From Pseudomonadota bacterium (lineage in GTDB: Bacteria; Pseudomonadota; Gammaproteobacteria; Burkholderiales; DATLHW01), in contig JAZKCF010000008.1 in the NCBI GenBank assembly GCA_040388195.1, positions 1,831 through 65,830 on the forward strand: a stretch of 64,000 bases of DNA, given 5' to 3'. The notes under the pieces were generated by a model. The model saw nothing but the letters and a program-made list of their open reading frames with translations. It did not search any database and was not told the origin of the DNA. The position numbers and the translations under genes were made by a program. Position 1 is the first letter of the stretch. Each line of letters starts with the position of its first letter. Below, in pieces: positions 36,001-45,048 of this stretch.

Positions 36001-36776
36001 TCCCAAGCTTCTCCATTAGGAACTGTAGTTTCAACGGTTAACGTGGCGTTTGGAGACGATAGGATCGTAGCCGGTGCGGCAGCACTACGTTTTGTCAACA
36101 CTATCGCATTAACGGGCGCCTTCATGCCTTGTTGCATGCGAAATATCTCATCCGTTGCGCTGGAGTTAATGTTTGCTGTTAAATTCGCTGTTGTAGAACC
36201 GACGGCAGGATGGCTTTGGGCGCTGGTTGTGGAGGCGTTACTGTAGTTTTTCGTTGTAGTGCCATCATTAGACGCACTCCACGGCGAATACCGTATCGCG
36301 GGGTTATAGTACATTGGGTTGTAGTCCGCGCTTCTAGCCCAGGCAAACTCATTAGTCGGTGGAACTGCATAATGATCACTATCAGCGTCGGCCTTTATCC
36401 TATCGCCTAATGCTGTACCGTTAGGAAAAAGATAAACATATTTCTTCCATGTCGAGTTTGCACCACCACCATTATTAAAATTGATAGCGCCAGCAAGACT
36501 TGTATCATTTTGATCGAGGCCCACGAAACTCTTGTTCGTCATATGCCACCAAAACGCGCCATCATTTGTTGGCATTAAAACCTCGTAATCCATGCTCGCA
36601 GAATCATCTATCGCAAAGATTATGTTTGGCTGTGCGCGATTTTTGATCGCCATCGGCACATCAGCAATATCCGTAGAAGCAGCGTAGACAACACCAATAT
36701 CTCCCCATATCATCAAAAATCCGAGATAAGCGCTGAGAATTTTGCAAGCAAATTTATTTTGAATTTTCATATTCAT
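33033..36776 (-). CDS. pilY1: type IV pilus tip-associated adhesin PilY1/PilC family
   Basis: 1247 aa with a signal peptide and an N-terminal vWA-like DxSxS motif (IFAIDDSASMDYE). It is the last gene of the minor-pilin operon. Confidence 0.85.
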   Translation of the reverse strand: MNMKIQNKFACKILSAYLGFLMIWGDIGVVYAASTDIADVPMAIKNRAQPNIIFAIDDSASMDYEVLMPTNDGAFWWHMTNKSFVGLDQNDTSLAGAINFNNGGGANSTWKKYVYLFPNGTALGDRIKADADSDHYAVPPTNEFAWARSADYNPMYYNPAIRYSPWSASNDGTTTKNYSNASTTSAQSHPAVGSTTANLTANINSSATDEIFRMQQGMKAPVNAIVLTKRSAAAPATILSSPNATLTVETTVPNGEAWDVQISYFPATFYAKDSTCSTCTLAGPDGVPLRKFEIKSANAPFAKSSDRSDCAGTATCTYTEEIQNFANWFTYYRKRKLFMWDSIGKAFGNVQGIRVGMFGFNNRSNATMYDFTSTTDSANAKRLLNAIYKVDTSGGTPTKDALDYLGQQFMRTGAGAPIQYACQYNAGFVITDGYANAGGPTVSPANYDGQTTYSSFPYNTQYSKTGATITYPYQDSESNTLGDIAMKYYTENLRPDLTAGKVPFDSTNYAADADRNPNLHMNTFALGLGVKGTIFGTGSTADLNPYVYPGPAWSSVYTYTDRQPKSVDDLWHATLNGRGVMLSATNPDEAQTAILSILNDVIGNGGGAAAVTVSNPNVSDGDNTTYASSYSSISWTGELDAFAVDLTTGIPGTDTTWTNGTAKTQLDDDSVTSSSRKIVTYSDATSSQSGIQFQPTTATTSTKISAAQQTLLNTTSYTDGADVLAFLRGDRSKEGTTSPGYRIRNSRLGDTINAEPVILNPPRNSYADTGYSDFKNLAANASREKVIFQGANDGMMHVFSGNPTTGGDEKWAYVPSFLFSKLNNLSRKTSFQHLYYVDATPAVGDVDFGNTSGGSGTADWRSILVGGLGKGGRGFYALDVTNPVPTSEATAASKVLWEFPNNSTSAYVANMGYSFGKPIIVKTTAKGWVILATSGYNNGADTGGDGMGHIFVLNPRTGAVIKDISTGVGSSTTPSGLAHLSAYVDDADTDNTTEYVYGGDLLGNVWRIDLSGNNTNQWDVTKLATLVDSSGVAQPITTIPELGVVSNKRMILLGTGSFLGDKDVPGATSANASATQTQTMYGLVDDLSNSPVITPLRSNLVAQTITVSPTNSLLRVASTNPVDLTVKKGWYMDLPITGERIVTNPTLAVGALIFTSNIPSSDVCTAGGSSWSFSIDFETGGQLSDATYAAQSLSSTALASRPIIIKLPSGLLKQIVRLSDGGIIVKEVPVKPASTNGKRVSWRELTN

Positions 36777-36844
36777 ACTCCTTAAATTTCTCGTGACGCC
36801 TATTCGAAAATAATTAATGTTTATGAAGGATTAAGCTATGTCGC

Positions 36845-37495
36845 TCAGCTACCTCGACCAACAACAGCTTGCACAATGGAAACTGAATTTTTTGGCCCTG
36901 ATGCTCTGGAGGTAATTCGGTAATAAACAAGACTACTGCCCGTAAAAACAAAACCGTCACTCCGGTGGCTACCACCACCACTCTCCTGGTCGGCAATACA
37001 TTTCCCATTAATATCCGTAATGATGCCAGTCCCTTTACATAGGCGATCAATCACAATCCGTACGTCATAGCCGTTCACAGAAGTAGCAATCGGCACCGCA
37101 GACCAATTTATAGCGGTAGTACCAGTAGAACTCGTATCCTGCTGGTAAGGCACGCCGTTCGCGTCTACCTTCCGCTGCGTGGAGTAGTACTGATAACCAG
37201 GTGAAGTCGATGTTTTATTCGTATCAAGTGAAGTTGCGATAATGCTTGGAAGTGCAGCCATCGCCGTTTCTACACCGACGTCCGCGACTTGCACCGCGGC
37301 TTCCTTAAATGCCAAGTTACCTGCAATCACATTACTCGTATCGATAGACCGAACAATCGACACGGCAGCAATACTCATGGCCACCAGCATAATTAGGGCA
37401 ACGAAAAGCACTACCCCGCGTTGCATGGAGAGGGCATTAATACGTACTTCTTTAAAACCGCTATAACCATTCTTCGAAAAAACGCGCACGCTCAT
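36845..37495 (-). CDS. pilX: type IV pilus minor pilin PilX-like
   Basis: QRGVVLFVALIMLVAMSIAAV N-terminal hydrophobic segment. The ATG at 37495 lies 2 nt after the pilW stop; the track start at 37573 would overlap pilW. Confidence 0.7.
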   Translation of the reverse strand: MSVRVFSKNGYSGFKEVRINALSMQRGVVLFVALIMLVAMSIAAVSIVRSIDTSNVIAGNLAFKEAAVQVADVGVETAMAALPSIIATSLDTNKTSTSPGYQYYSTQRKVDANGVPYQQDTSSTGTTAINWSAVPIATSVNGYDVRIVIDRLCKGTGIITDINGKCIADQESGGGSHRSDGFVFTGSSLVYYRITSRASGPKNSVSIVQAVVGRGS

Positions 37496-37496
37496 C

Positions 37497-38618
37497 TTAG
37501 TTACTCCCCCATATAACATTCCGCATAGGGACAACTGTTTGGTAAACCTTGTAGCGATAATATCTATCCGCATCCGCTACCGCATAAGTAAGGCCTGAAG
37601 TAGTTTGCCCGGAGGTTACCTGAGGCCAAAGCGTCAGTGATGTAGAAGTTACCTGCGTGCTTTCACGAAGGTTCGAACGTGCTACCACGGCGAAGCGAAT
37701 TGCCTTAATGCGCTGAAAGTCAGTAGCTGAGGGGGCCGCCCAATTTGTGCCTGTCGTTGGATCAACTGTCGCATTAACCCATTTGGTGACTGCGTGGTCG
37801 CTGGAAACAGCGGTGGCAGTAATACCATATTGCGCTTGGATAGTAACGATATCGCGAACTAGGTCATTAAAGGTAACGCCACTATCTTCAGAGAGCTGCA
37901 AACTATTATTTAAAATTTTATACTGGCGCGACGTTATGCTTCCCAAGTTAAAAAGACTCGCGCCCGCATCATATGCAGGCCAAGCATTAGTGGTTTGGAA
38001 AGGTACGGTTGGATTATAGGTAAGACCGCTGCCGCCCGGATTATGCTGCAAGTGAAAAGAAGCTGCTTGCACTTGCGTGATTTGCATTAGAGTGCATTTA
38101 GTCCCCTGAACAACCATCATCAAGTCTCCATCACTAAAACCATTCGTATTGGAGACTTTTAATTCTGACGAAGATTGCGGCATCGTATCCGAAATTGTCG
38201 AATCGACACCAGCGCGAATCGACGTGCCATATTGAAAAGTCAGCTCGTCAGGCCCCGCACCACCGTCTGTAATGCTAAACCCTCGCAAAGAAAAGTTGGG
38301 GATGGGGGCATCGATATCACTTCTATATGTATAGGTAGTCGTGCAATTGAGTAAAGCGCTATTGGTAAGCCCGTAACCTGCCGAGCGAATATCTCGTTCA
38401 ATCATCTGCGACGCGACCAAGCCGTTCTCTTGCGCATCCGCACCACTTGTCGTCGTCCGGCTTTGCGCGGAAAAAACTGAAAACATTTGCTGAATTACAA
38501 GGCTGGCTACTAAGCCAATGACCATGGCAACCATTAGCTCCGCCAAGCTGAAACCCTGCTGCTTTATATGGCGTAAGAAAAGACGATTCACTTTATGCTC
38601 CCCTCTTTTACCCGCCAA
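37497..38618 (-). CDS. pilW: type IV pilus minor pilin PilW
   Basis: Prepilin motif QQG/FSLAELMVAMVIGL, 373 aa. Confidence 0.8.
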   Translation of the reverse strand: MAGKRGEHKVNRLFLRHIKQQGFSLAELMVAMVIGLVASLVIQQMFSVFSAQSRTTTSGADAQENGLVASQMIERDIRSAGYGLTNSALLNCTTTYTYRSDIDAPIPNFSLRGFSITDGGAGPDELTFQYGTSIRAGVDSTISDTMPQSSSELKVSNTNGFSDGDLMMVVQGTKCTLMQITQVQAASFHLQHNPGGSGLTYNPTVPFQTTNAWPAYDAGASLFNLGSITSRQYKILNNSLQLSEDSGVTFNDLVRDIVTIQAQYGITATAVSSDHAVTKWVNATVDPTTGTNWAAPSATDFQRIKAIRFAVVARSNLRESTQVTSTSLTLWPQVTSGQTTSGLTYAVADADRYYRYKVYQTVVPMRNVIWGSN

Positions 38619-39063
38619 TTTGCGTGACTATCACGAAATTATGTGCCGCTCCGCGCGGTGACTTCCAACCCACAGTAACCGTAACTTGATTTACCCCAGC
38701 AGCACCAGTACCCGCAATCGCAACGGTTTGTGTTTGATTCGCTGCATCGGGCAATACGTCCCTTATTCCCGCCAGCCAACCACATACGGTGGGATTGGTA
38801 CCCGACGGACAACTTGTCGCTGCAACGCCGTTATAGGCATAGGAACCAACATTGTCTCTATCACTCCAAATGTGACCGACAATTTGATTCGCGAGAAAAC
38901 TGGCGTCGGCGCGGAACTTCGCTTCGCTGGCATTGTTAAGTGCAGCTGCTTGCAAGCCCATCAAAGCGATAATTGCTATAGAGAAAATAAGCAGTGCAAT
39001 AAGCCCTTCAAGCAAGGCTATGCCACGCTGATCTTTGTTTAAAAAATCATGCGATGTGCGCAT
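38608..39063 (-). CDS. pilV: type IV pilus minor pilin PilV
   Basis: QRG/IALLEGLIALLIFSI motif. The ATG at 39063 avoids a 44-nt overlap with the upstream gene (track start 39111). Confidence 0.8.
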   Translation of the reverse strand: MRTSHDFLNKDQRGIALLEGLIALLIFSIAIIALMGLQAAALNNASEAKFRADASFLANQIVGHIWSDRDNVGSYAYNGVAATSCPSGTNPTVCGWLAGIRDVLPDAANQTQTVAIAGTGAAGVNQVTVTVGWKSPRGAAHNFVIVTQIGG

Positions 39064-39067
39064 ATTG

Positions 39068-39667
39068 TTAAGAACAACCCTGTAAGTTTGTCGATGCCAG
39101 CCCGGGTTCACACATTCTGATTTGCCCTTGTGAATTCACTCTAATCTGCATTGGGCGAGTGCCGCTGGTGCTAGTCACGCTAATCACAATGCTATTTCCT
39201 GCTGGCGCAGTTACAAGCCTGCCTAGCCCGTTAAATACGATAGAACTAGCAAACGCCGCACTGCTGCCATCTGCTGCCGATATCGCCACGTTTGCCGTCC
39301 CCTCGCTCTTTGATTTCCCTTGTATCGGCGTTGTAATAGAACAGTCTTCGACCCTCACAACCCAGTTAGTACCAGTCGCAGATGGCGTAACCGAACACGT
39401 CGTTGGAGAGGCTGCAGTTAGAACGAAGCCCACCTGTTGGTTACGTTTAACCGCTTCAGTACGAGCAAGCTGCAATCCATTTTGAACGGAGTTCGCGGCC
39501 GTGCGAATTTTTTGGTTGATGATATAACCGCTCATATTCGGCGCCGCAATTGCAAATAGAATGCCCATAAGAGAAACCACTACCGCCAACTCCACGAAAG
39601 TAAACCCACGGGCGGCAGGTCGATTAAAATGCCTTAACACGATTGACCCTTTGTTGATATCCAACAT
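39068..39667 (-). CDS. GspH/FimT-family minor pilin
   Basis: Prepilin motif ARG/FTFVELAVVVSLMGIL. The GTG at 39640 is an alternative start. Confidence 0.75.
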   Translation of the reverse strand: MLDINKGSIVLRHFNRPAARGFTFVELAVVVSLMGILFAIAAPNMSGYIINQKIRTAANSVQNGLQLARTEAVKRNQQVGFVLTAASPTTCSVTPSATGTNWVVRVEDCSITTPIQGKSKSEGTANVAISAADGSSAAFASSIVFNGLGRLVTAPAGNSIVISVTSTSGTRPMQIRVNSQGQIRMCEPGLASTNLQGCS

Positions 39668-40086
39668 ACATCGGTACGCGTAAGTGCGTTGAATTTCGTT
39701 GTGGCCTTCGCGTTGTCTTGATCTATCGTATAGGTGTAATCCCCCGCCGCACCAAGCCCGGCACCGGTGGCACTTTGCGCTGTGATTCTGAAACCCTGAT
39801 TTGTGGCGGTCGCGCCCCAGTTACAGGTATAAGTAAAATATTTAACGGTTGTGCCAGTGGCCGGCATTGCTAGGCCGCAGGTGGTTGCCGACGATCCATA
39901 GTTGCGATTGTCTTGATAGTACTGTTCCATCTTGACGCGTAAGTCGGCAAGCTGTGAGTGAGCCTCTGCCACTCTACTGCGAACGAGATATTCTGCGTAA
40001 TTGATGAAAGCGATGCTTCCAAGAATGCCAATGATGGCAAGCACCACCAATAACTCGATAAGGCTAAATCCGGAATGGCTTTTCAT
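39634..40086 (-). CDS. pilE: type IV pilin PilE-like
   Basis: MKSHSG/FSLIELLVVLAIIGIL is a canonical class III signal. Start taken at the ATG at 40086, not the track start at 40275. Confidence 0.8.
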   Translation of the reverse strand: MKSHSGFSLIELLVVLAIIGILGSIAFINYAEYLVRSRVAEAHSQLADLRVKMEQYYQDNRNYGSSATTCGLAMPATGTTVKYFTYTCNWGATATNQGFRITAQSATGAGLGAAGDYTYTIDQDNAKATTKFNALTRTDVCWISTKGQSC

Positions 40087-40201
40087 AATGCTCCCTCTTT
40101 GCGTACTTGCACTGTAAACAAAACCGCCGCTAATGAGCGAATACAACCGACCAATGGCCACTTTGTTAGAATGAGCGGCCATTTTTGCGGATTTTTCATT
40201 C

Positions 40202-41308
40202 TTGAACCACCCAGATTTTCTTATTGTCGGCGCCGGCATTATCGGTTTATCGACGGCATGGCAATTAGCACGCAAGGGGTTTTCGGTCGAGGTAATCGAC
40301 TGCGGAGAAGCGGGTCGCGAGTCTTCGTGGGCAGGCGGAGGAATATTATTTCCGTTGTGGCCATGGGATTACTCCGAAGCAGTTACCGCGCTTACTGAAT
40401 GCGGTCGCACTGTTTATCCTCAGTGGGTCAGTGAGATTTCAGAAGCTGGCAAGGTTGATCCTGAATATCGGCAAACAGGGTTGCTCGCGTTGCCTCCGCT
40501 GGATATTGAACGCGCACAAACATGGTGTGCAGCGCATGACCTTCAAGAGAGCCGCGTGACCGGGACGGAGATATCACCATTACTCGCCATGCATTCACAT
40601 GGCCTTTGGCTTCCATCCGTGGCGCAAGTACGTAATCCACGCCTAATCAGAAGTCTCGTCAATGCAGTCGACTCTTGTGGAGTAACGATTCGTGAACATA
40701 CAAAAGTTCTAGACATCGTCATCGATAAAAATCGAGTAAGCAGTTTAGCCACCACACAGGGAACGATTTCAGCCGGCACGTTTATCGTTTGTGCCGGCGC
40801 TTGGAGCAAAGACCTACTTGGCCAATATGCGGCAGGTACAAATATTTTCCCGGTAAAAGGTCAGATGCTGCTATATGCAACTCCCCCCGGCACACTCGAT
40901 ACAATCGTGCTTAGAAAAGACCACTACCTCATTCCCCGCGCCGACGGCCATATCCTAGCTGGCACCACTAAAGAGCTCGTGGGTTTTGAAAAAAACATCA
41001 CTGAAGTCGCTGCGAAGGAACTACATGATTCTGCTAAAGCAACGCTACCTTACTTAAGCAATCTACAGCCTTTGCATCACTGGGCGGGGCTTCGTCCGGG
41101 TTCGCCAGCTAACATTCCCATTATTTCCCGGCACCCTGATATTGAAAATTTATATCTTAATAGCGGTCATTTTCGTTACGGATTGACGATGGCACCTGCC
41201 GCTGCGCAAATTTTGACTAATTTGATTACCGGGCAACCGCAGATGTTAGACGTCACCTCCTACCAATGGCCGAAATCAGAAAGTAGTAAATACAATCTAG
41301 GCGGATAA
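40202..41308 (+). CDS. thiO: FAD-dependent oxidoreductase, glycine oxidase ThiO-like
   Basis: Rossmann motif DFLIVGAGIIGLSTA and a C-terminal GHFRYGLTMAP motif resembling ThiO/DAO. TTG start. Confidence 0.6.
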   Translation: MNHPDFLIVGAGIIGLSTAWQLARKGFSVEVIDCGEAGRESSWAGGGILFPLWPWDYSEAVTALTECGRTVYPQWVSEISEAGKVDPEYRQTGLLALPPLDIERAQTWCAAHDLQESRVTGTEISPLLAMHSHGLWLPSVAQVRNPRLIRSLVNAVDSCGVTIREHTKVLDIVIDKNRVSSLATTQGTISAGTFIVCAGAWSKDLLGQYAAGTNIFPVKGQMLLYATPPGTLDTIVLRKDHYLIPRADGHILAGTTKELVGFEKNITEVAAKELHDSAKATLPYLSNLQPLHHWAGLRPGSPANIPIISRHPDIENLYLNSGHFRYGLTMAPAAAQILTNLITGQPQMLDVTSYQWPKSESSKYNLGG

Positions 41309-41360
41309 CGTATTCCGCATTGCCAGTCCCCCCTTCCACGTTTATAATTCCGCCCTCGGC

Positions 41361-41436
<76 letters not shown>

Positions 41437-41592
41437 TCTCTTTCCTCGATGGCGCTCTTGTCGCTGGCAATTTTGTTTCAAAACACAGTCAACGCAATTA
41501 GCCTATTGTTGGTTTAGTCGTGCAGTAAGACATAAAACCAACAGTATCCACCTCTCGCCTCCATGGCGGCCCCAACCATCCGGGAGCCGCTC

Positions 41593-42471
41593 ATGAAAAT
41601 CGCAATTGTCAGCACTAAAGGAGGCGTCGGCAAGACGACCCTCGCCGCCAACCTAGCCGGACTTCTCGCCGACATGGGACTACGCGTCCTCATGGTCGAT
41701 GCGGATATCCAGACTTCCCTCACAAAATATTACGGAATCGGAGACTTAGCGCCTCACGGGCTAACCCGCATGATCCGGCAAGGCTACATTTCTGCCGATT
41801 GCGTATCTCAAACGGTTTGGCCCAACCTCCACCTTGTCCGATCCGATCTCGATCTAGACACTGACGATGGCGATCTGGAAATGTGGTTGAAAGACCAGAT
41901 TGCCGGCTCGCTCAGACTCCGTCGCATCCTCCGCGCGCCGTATGTCTCTGAAAACTACGATGTCGTCGTGATGGATACCCAGGGCGCGCTCGGCGGCTCT
42001 GGGTCTCTCCAAAGCAATGCCGCGCTAGCCGCAGACGTCGTTTTATTCCCAATCACCCCTGATTCTCAAGCTGCAGCAGAGTTTTTTGATAACACGAAAA
42101 AATTGGTGCGGAACCTTCAGCAAGCCGAGGAATTCAATGTCTCGCTTGGCTTGCTGAAGGGACTGATTTACCGGCAAGAGCGGCTAACCAACGACCGCCT
42201 TTTTGCCGAAGAACTACGCACCAGCTACGTCCAGTTCTCCACCAAGCTGACCATGCTGGAAACCGTCATTCCCCACGCGAAAGCATATAAAGAAGCCTCC
42301 GCCCGGCAGATGCCGGTCCATCGGCATGAACCCGCGCCACGCGGCAGAACGACCAGCGCTTGGGACGTCATGCATCAATTGGCCTATGAACTTTTCCCGG
42401 ATCTGAAAGGCATTCAAGCACCACGTGACGCTACGTTAGTTTTACCTGTCGTTGTGGAGGGCGGCAAATGA
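41593..42471 (+). CDS. parA: ParA/Soj-type partition ATPase
   Basis: MKIAIVSTKGGVGKTT deviant Walker A. ATG at 41593. Confidence 0.85.
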   Translation: MKIAIVSTKGGVGKTTLAANLAGLLADMGLRVLMVDADIQTSLTKYYGIGDLAPHGLTRMIRQGYISADCVSQTVWPNLHLVRSDLDLDTDDGDLEMWLKDQIAGSLRLRRILRAPYVSENYDVVVMDTQGALGGSGSLQSNAALAADVVLFPITPDSQAAAEFFDNTKKLVRNLQQAEEFNVSLGLLKGLIYRQERLTNDRLFAEELRTSYVQFSTKLTMLETVIPHAKAYKEASARQMPVHRHEPAPRGRTTSAWDVMHQLAYELFPDLKGIQAPRDATLVLPVVVEGGK

Positions 42472-44030
42472 TGCAATCCAAACTTCCACCCTCTTCCCAG
42501 CCGGGGAAGCTTTCTCGCGAGGATATCAAAGCGAGACTCCGTCTAGCCGATCAACCCAAAGCATCGAAGGAAGCCGAGGACCCTGCTGGCGCGCAGTTTG
42601 TGTTGAATGTGATGCAGATTGGCGCCTATGACAAAAACCCTCGTCAATCTGTGTATGAGGACTTCGAATCACTTAAGGAAGGTATTCGTGAGCAGGGCTT
42701 CAATGGCGCTTTCCCTGTAACCCGTCGACCAGGCGATAACACCTACATGCTTGCGCAAGGTCACAATCAGCGACTTCGCGCAGTACAGGAGCTGTGGCAA
42801 GAAACCGCCGATCCGAAATTCCGCGATGTGCCGGTTGTGTACGTTCGATGGACTACGGAGAGCAACAATCTAGCCCGCCATCTCTCTGAAAACATGAATC
42901 GCAGCGATATGACCTTTTGGGATAAGGCCACTGGATTCCTGAATTTCAAGGAAACGCGCGAAGCCGAAATCGGCACGACGCTTACGCTCAGGAAATTAGA
43001 AGAAGAAACAAAGAAGGCCGGTATACAAACCTCGATTACCGCGTTGTCCTTCTTTCTATTTGCAGCCATCAAGCTAGCGGCACTTAGAACCGAGATACAC
43101 AACCAATTATCGCTGGAAGATATAAAAACGATCCAGCCAGCAGTTAATCGCTTCGCTGCAGTCTACAAAATCCTTGGTTTTGACGAGGGATGTTTTACCG
43201 ATGATGTTTTATCGATCGCCATAGATACGGTGAATCGAGAGTCCATTCATGAAAAGTGGTCAGCCAAAGGATTTATCACGGCGTGCGAACAGGCGCTTGG
43301 CAAAAAGACGCATACAAGCGCGGATCATGTCCGCGTGATGGTTGCCGTCAATGACCGATTTCCGTCCTTAAGCAAGGTTGAACTTCTCGAAGCGGCCCAA
43401 AATCCCAAGCCAGAGCCCTTGGTGAAAGCAGCTGCCCGACAACCCATTACAGAGGATCGGCCTACGCCAGCTACTCCACAACCTAGCGAAGCTATCAATG
43501 TAACAGCGCCCTCGCTCAGGCTTGGCGCGATTGGCCCGACAACAGAACCCACAACATCACAGGATATAAACGGAGCACAAAATCTGCTCGATCAAATATG
43601 GCGCCTCATCGAACAATTCGCCAAGGCCACAGAGATCACGGATTTGGTACGACAGACAGACTGCATGCCTGCCGGTTTCTACATGGAAGTACAAACAAAT
43701 GATGAACCGAATATCGATTTCGATCCCCGCGAATTCCGACATGCTGGCTGGTGGATGCTCGCCAGCATCTCCGGCCAACTAAATCGCAGTTTGAGTATCC
43801 GTTTGCCCGCAAACTCAACATGGCGGCGCGCCCATCAAAACGAAGATCCTGACCTAACGCTTGATTATCTGGTTCAAGAGCGACTAGGCATGTTCTGCTA
43901 TTTAACGACTGTGGCTCCATGGTTGATCGATCCAAGCCACGACATTGGCAGTATCTATTTTTCACTATTAAAAACTTTACGGGCATTGCGCGAAGCAGCG
44001 CCAGAACGATTTGCGGAGGTGTCGCAATGA
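42468..44030 (+). CDS. ParB-family protein, ICE (PFGI-1) class
   Basis: ParB/Srx-like N-terminal domain (YDKNPRQS...FPVTRRPG) with a long C-terminal extension, coupled to parA. Confidence 0.75.
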   Translation: MMQSKLPPSSQPGKLSREDIKARLRLADQPKASKEAEDPAGAQFVLNVMQIGAYDKNPRQSVYEDFESLKEGIREQGFNGAFPVTRRPGDNTYMLAQGHNQRLRAVQELWQETADPKFRDVPVVYVRWTTESNNLARHLSENMNRSDMTFWDKATGFLNFKETREAEIGTTLTLRKLEEETKKAGIQTSITALSFFLFAAIKLAALRTEIHNQLSLEDIKTIQPAVNRFAAVYKILGFDEGCFTDDVLSIAIDTVNRESIHEKWSAKGFITACEQALGKKTHTSADHVRVMVAVNDRFPSLSKVELLEAAQNPKPEPLVKAAARQPITEDRPTPATPQPSEAINVTAPSLRLGAIGPTTEPTTSQDINGAQNLLDQIWRLIEQFAKATEITDLVRQTDCMPAGFYMEVQTNDEPNIDFDPREFRHAGWWMLASISGQLNRSLSIRLPANSTWRRAHQNEDPDLTLDYLVQERLGMFCYLTTVAPWLIDPSHDIGSIYFSLLKTLRALREAAPERFAEVSQ

Positions 44031-44587
44031 AGCTCGCCATGTTCCCAGTAAATGACGTATCTGCCCGTTCCGTGCTTCTGCAAGAAATTTCACGGCGTAT
44101 CGAAAAAACCCAAATTAATGAATTGCAGACTAGCGGCCTTGATGTACCAACAATCGATCGGCTACGCGCTTTACCATATGGCACAGCCATATGTTTAGCG
44201 GACTTAGCGGCGGATTTGTTTTTTGTGGGAATCGATACCGGTCGATTGCATCTGCTGTTGGACGCTATGGAAGAGCGGAATCGAGCTGCGGCACTTCTCG
44301 AATACTACGTCGAGCACGGCGCCACGCTCACGATGATTCGCGCTTTGTTACGCCCTAGAAAGGACGTGCTCGCAGCCTACATCGAAAAGCTTTGCGGCGC
44401 CCTCCCTCGCGGCCGCCCGTCGCTTCCCGAAGTCACTATTCGCGATCGCATCCATGCAGTCTGGGCTGAGATTCAGAAATCCAAATTCGATCTCCCCGAA
44501 CGCGAGCGCCTCGTTGAGCTACATCGAGCGTTCTCTGTTTACAGCATGGCCACCCTCTACTCCGTCCTGAATGAGTTCAAGCGATGA
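44027..44587 (+). CDS. DUF2857-like ICE protein
   Basis: ATGA overlap with the parB stop, 186 aa. Position and size match DUF2857 in related islands; the assignment is from memory. Confidence 0.5.
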   Translation: MKLAMFPVNDVSARSVLLQEISRRIEKTQINELQTSGLDVPTIDRLRALPYGTAICLADLAADLFFVGIDTGRLHLLLDAMEERNRAAALLEYYVEHGATLTMIRALLRPRKDVLAAYIEKLCGALPRGRPSLPEVTIRDRIHAVWAEIQKSKFDLPERERLVELHRAFSVYSMATLYSVLNEFKR

Positions 44588-45048
44588 ATCAATACACAAC
44601 GACCCGCATCCCTTTCACTGCCACTCCCGCCAAGAACCCCAGCCATAGTCTGGGTCTTGATCCCGAACTGTTGCTGGAGTGGTTCCAAGCGCCTATTGCC
44701 TTTCATCGACCGTTGGTGGACTTAGCTGGCGGCAGCATTAGTGCCGCTGTCATGCTCACCCATGCCTTGCACGGGACGCGCGAGTTCTATTTTGCCGGCG
44801 AGTGCCATCCAAATTTGGCATTACAAGGTTTTATGCAAATGAGTCAGGTCGATTGGGAGCGTGAAACCGGACTTACTCGCTCGGCGCAAGAGACGGCACG
44901 ACGAATTCTCCGTAAACGCGGCTATCTCGAAGAAAAGCGCACCGGCATTCCAGCAAAGCTTTATTTCCGCGTGAATATTGAAAAACTATATGCGGATTTA
45001 AAAGCACAAGCGCGGAACCGCCTTAAAGAAGCTCATAGCAAACCATGA
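44584..45048 (+). CDS. island replication-like protein, one copy of a winged-helix-like module (STY4526-like?)
   Basis: 154 aa with the module PIAFHRPLVDLAGGSISAAVMLTHAL...RTGIPAKLYFRVNIEKL, shared with the next ORF. Confidence 0.45.
   Translation: MNQYTTTRIPFTATPAKNPSHSLGLDPELLLEWFQAPIAFHRPLVDLAGGSISAAVMLTHALHGTREFYFAGECHPNLALQGFMQMSQVDWERETGLTRSAQETARRILRKRGYLEEKRTGIPAKLYFRVNIEKLYADLKAQARNRLKEAHSKP

Noticed and set aside
40087-40201. Possible TPP riboswitch or sigma-54 promoter between pilE and the ThiO-like gene.
   Set aside because: I found no CTGAGA/ACCTGATCTGG-type TPP core and no GG-N10-GC element on either strand.
40087-40275. 63-aa N-terminal extension of the pilE-like ORF.
   Set aside because: It would place a long non-pilin leader before the canonical MKSHSG/FSLIELL signal and would overlap the divergent thiO-like start.
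43636-44190. 184-aa minus-strand ORF.
   Set aside because: It is antisense to the parB 3' end and the DUF2857-like start, in a higher-GC region that generates long shadow ORFs.
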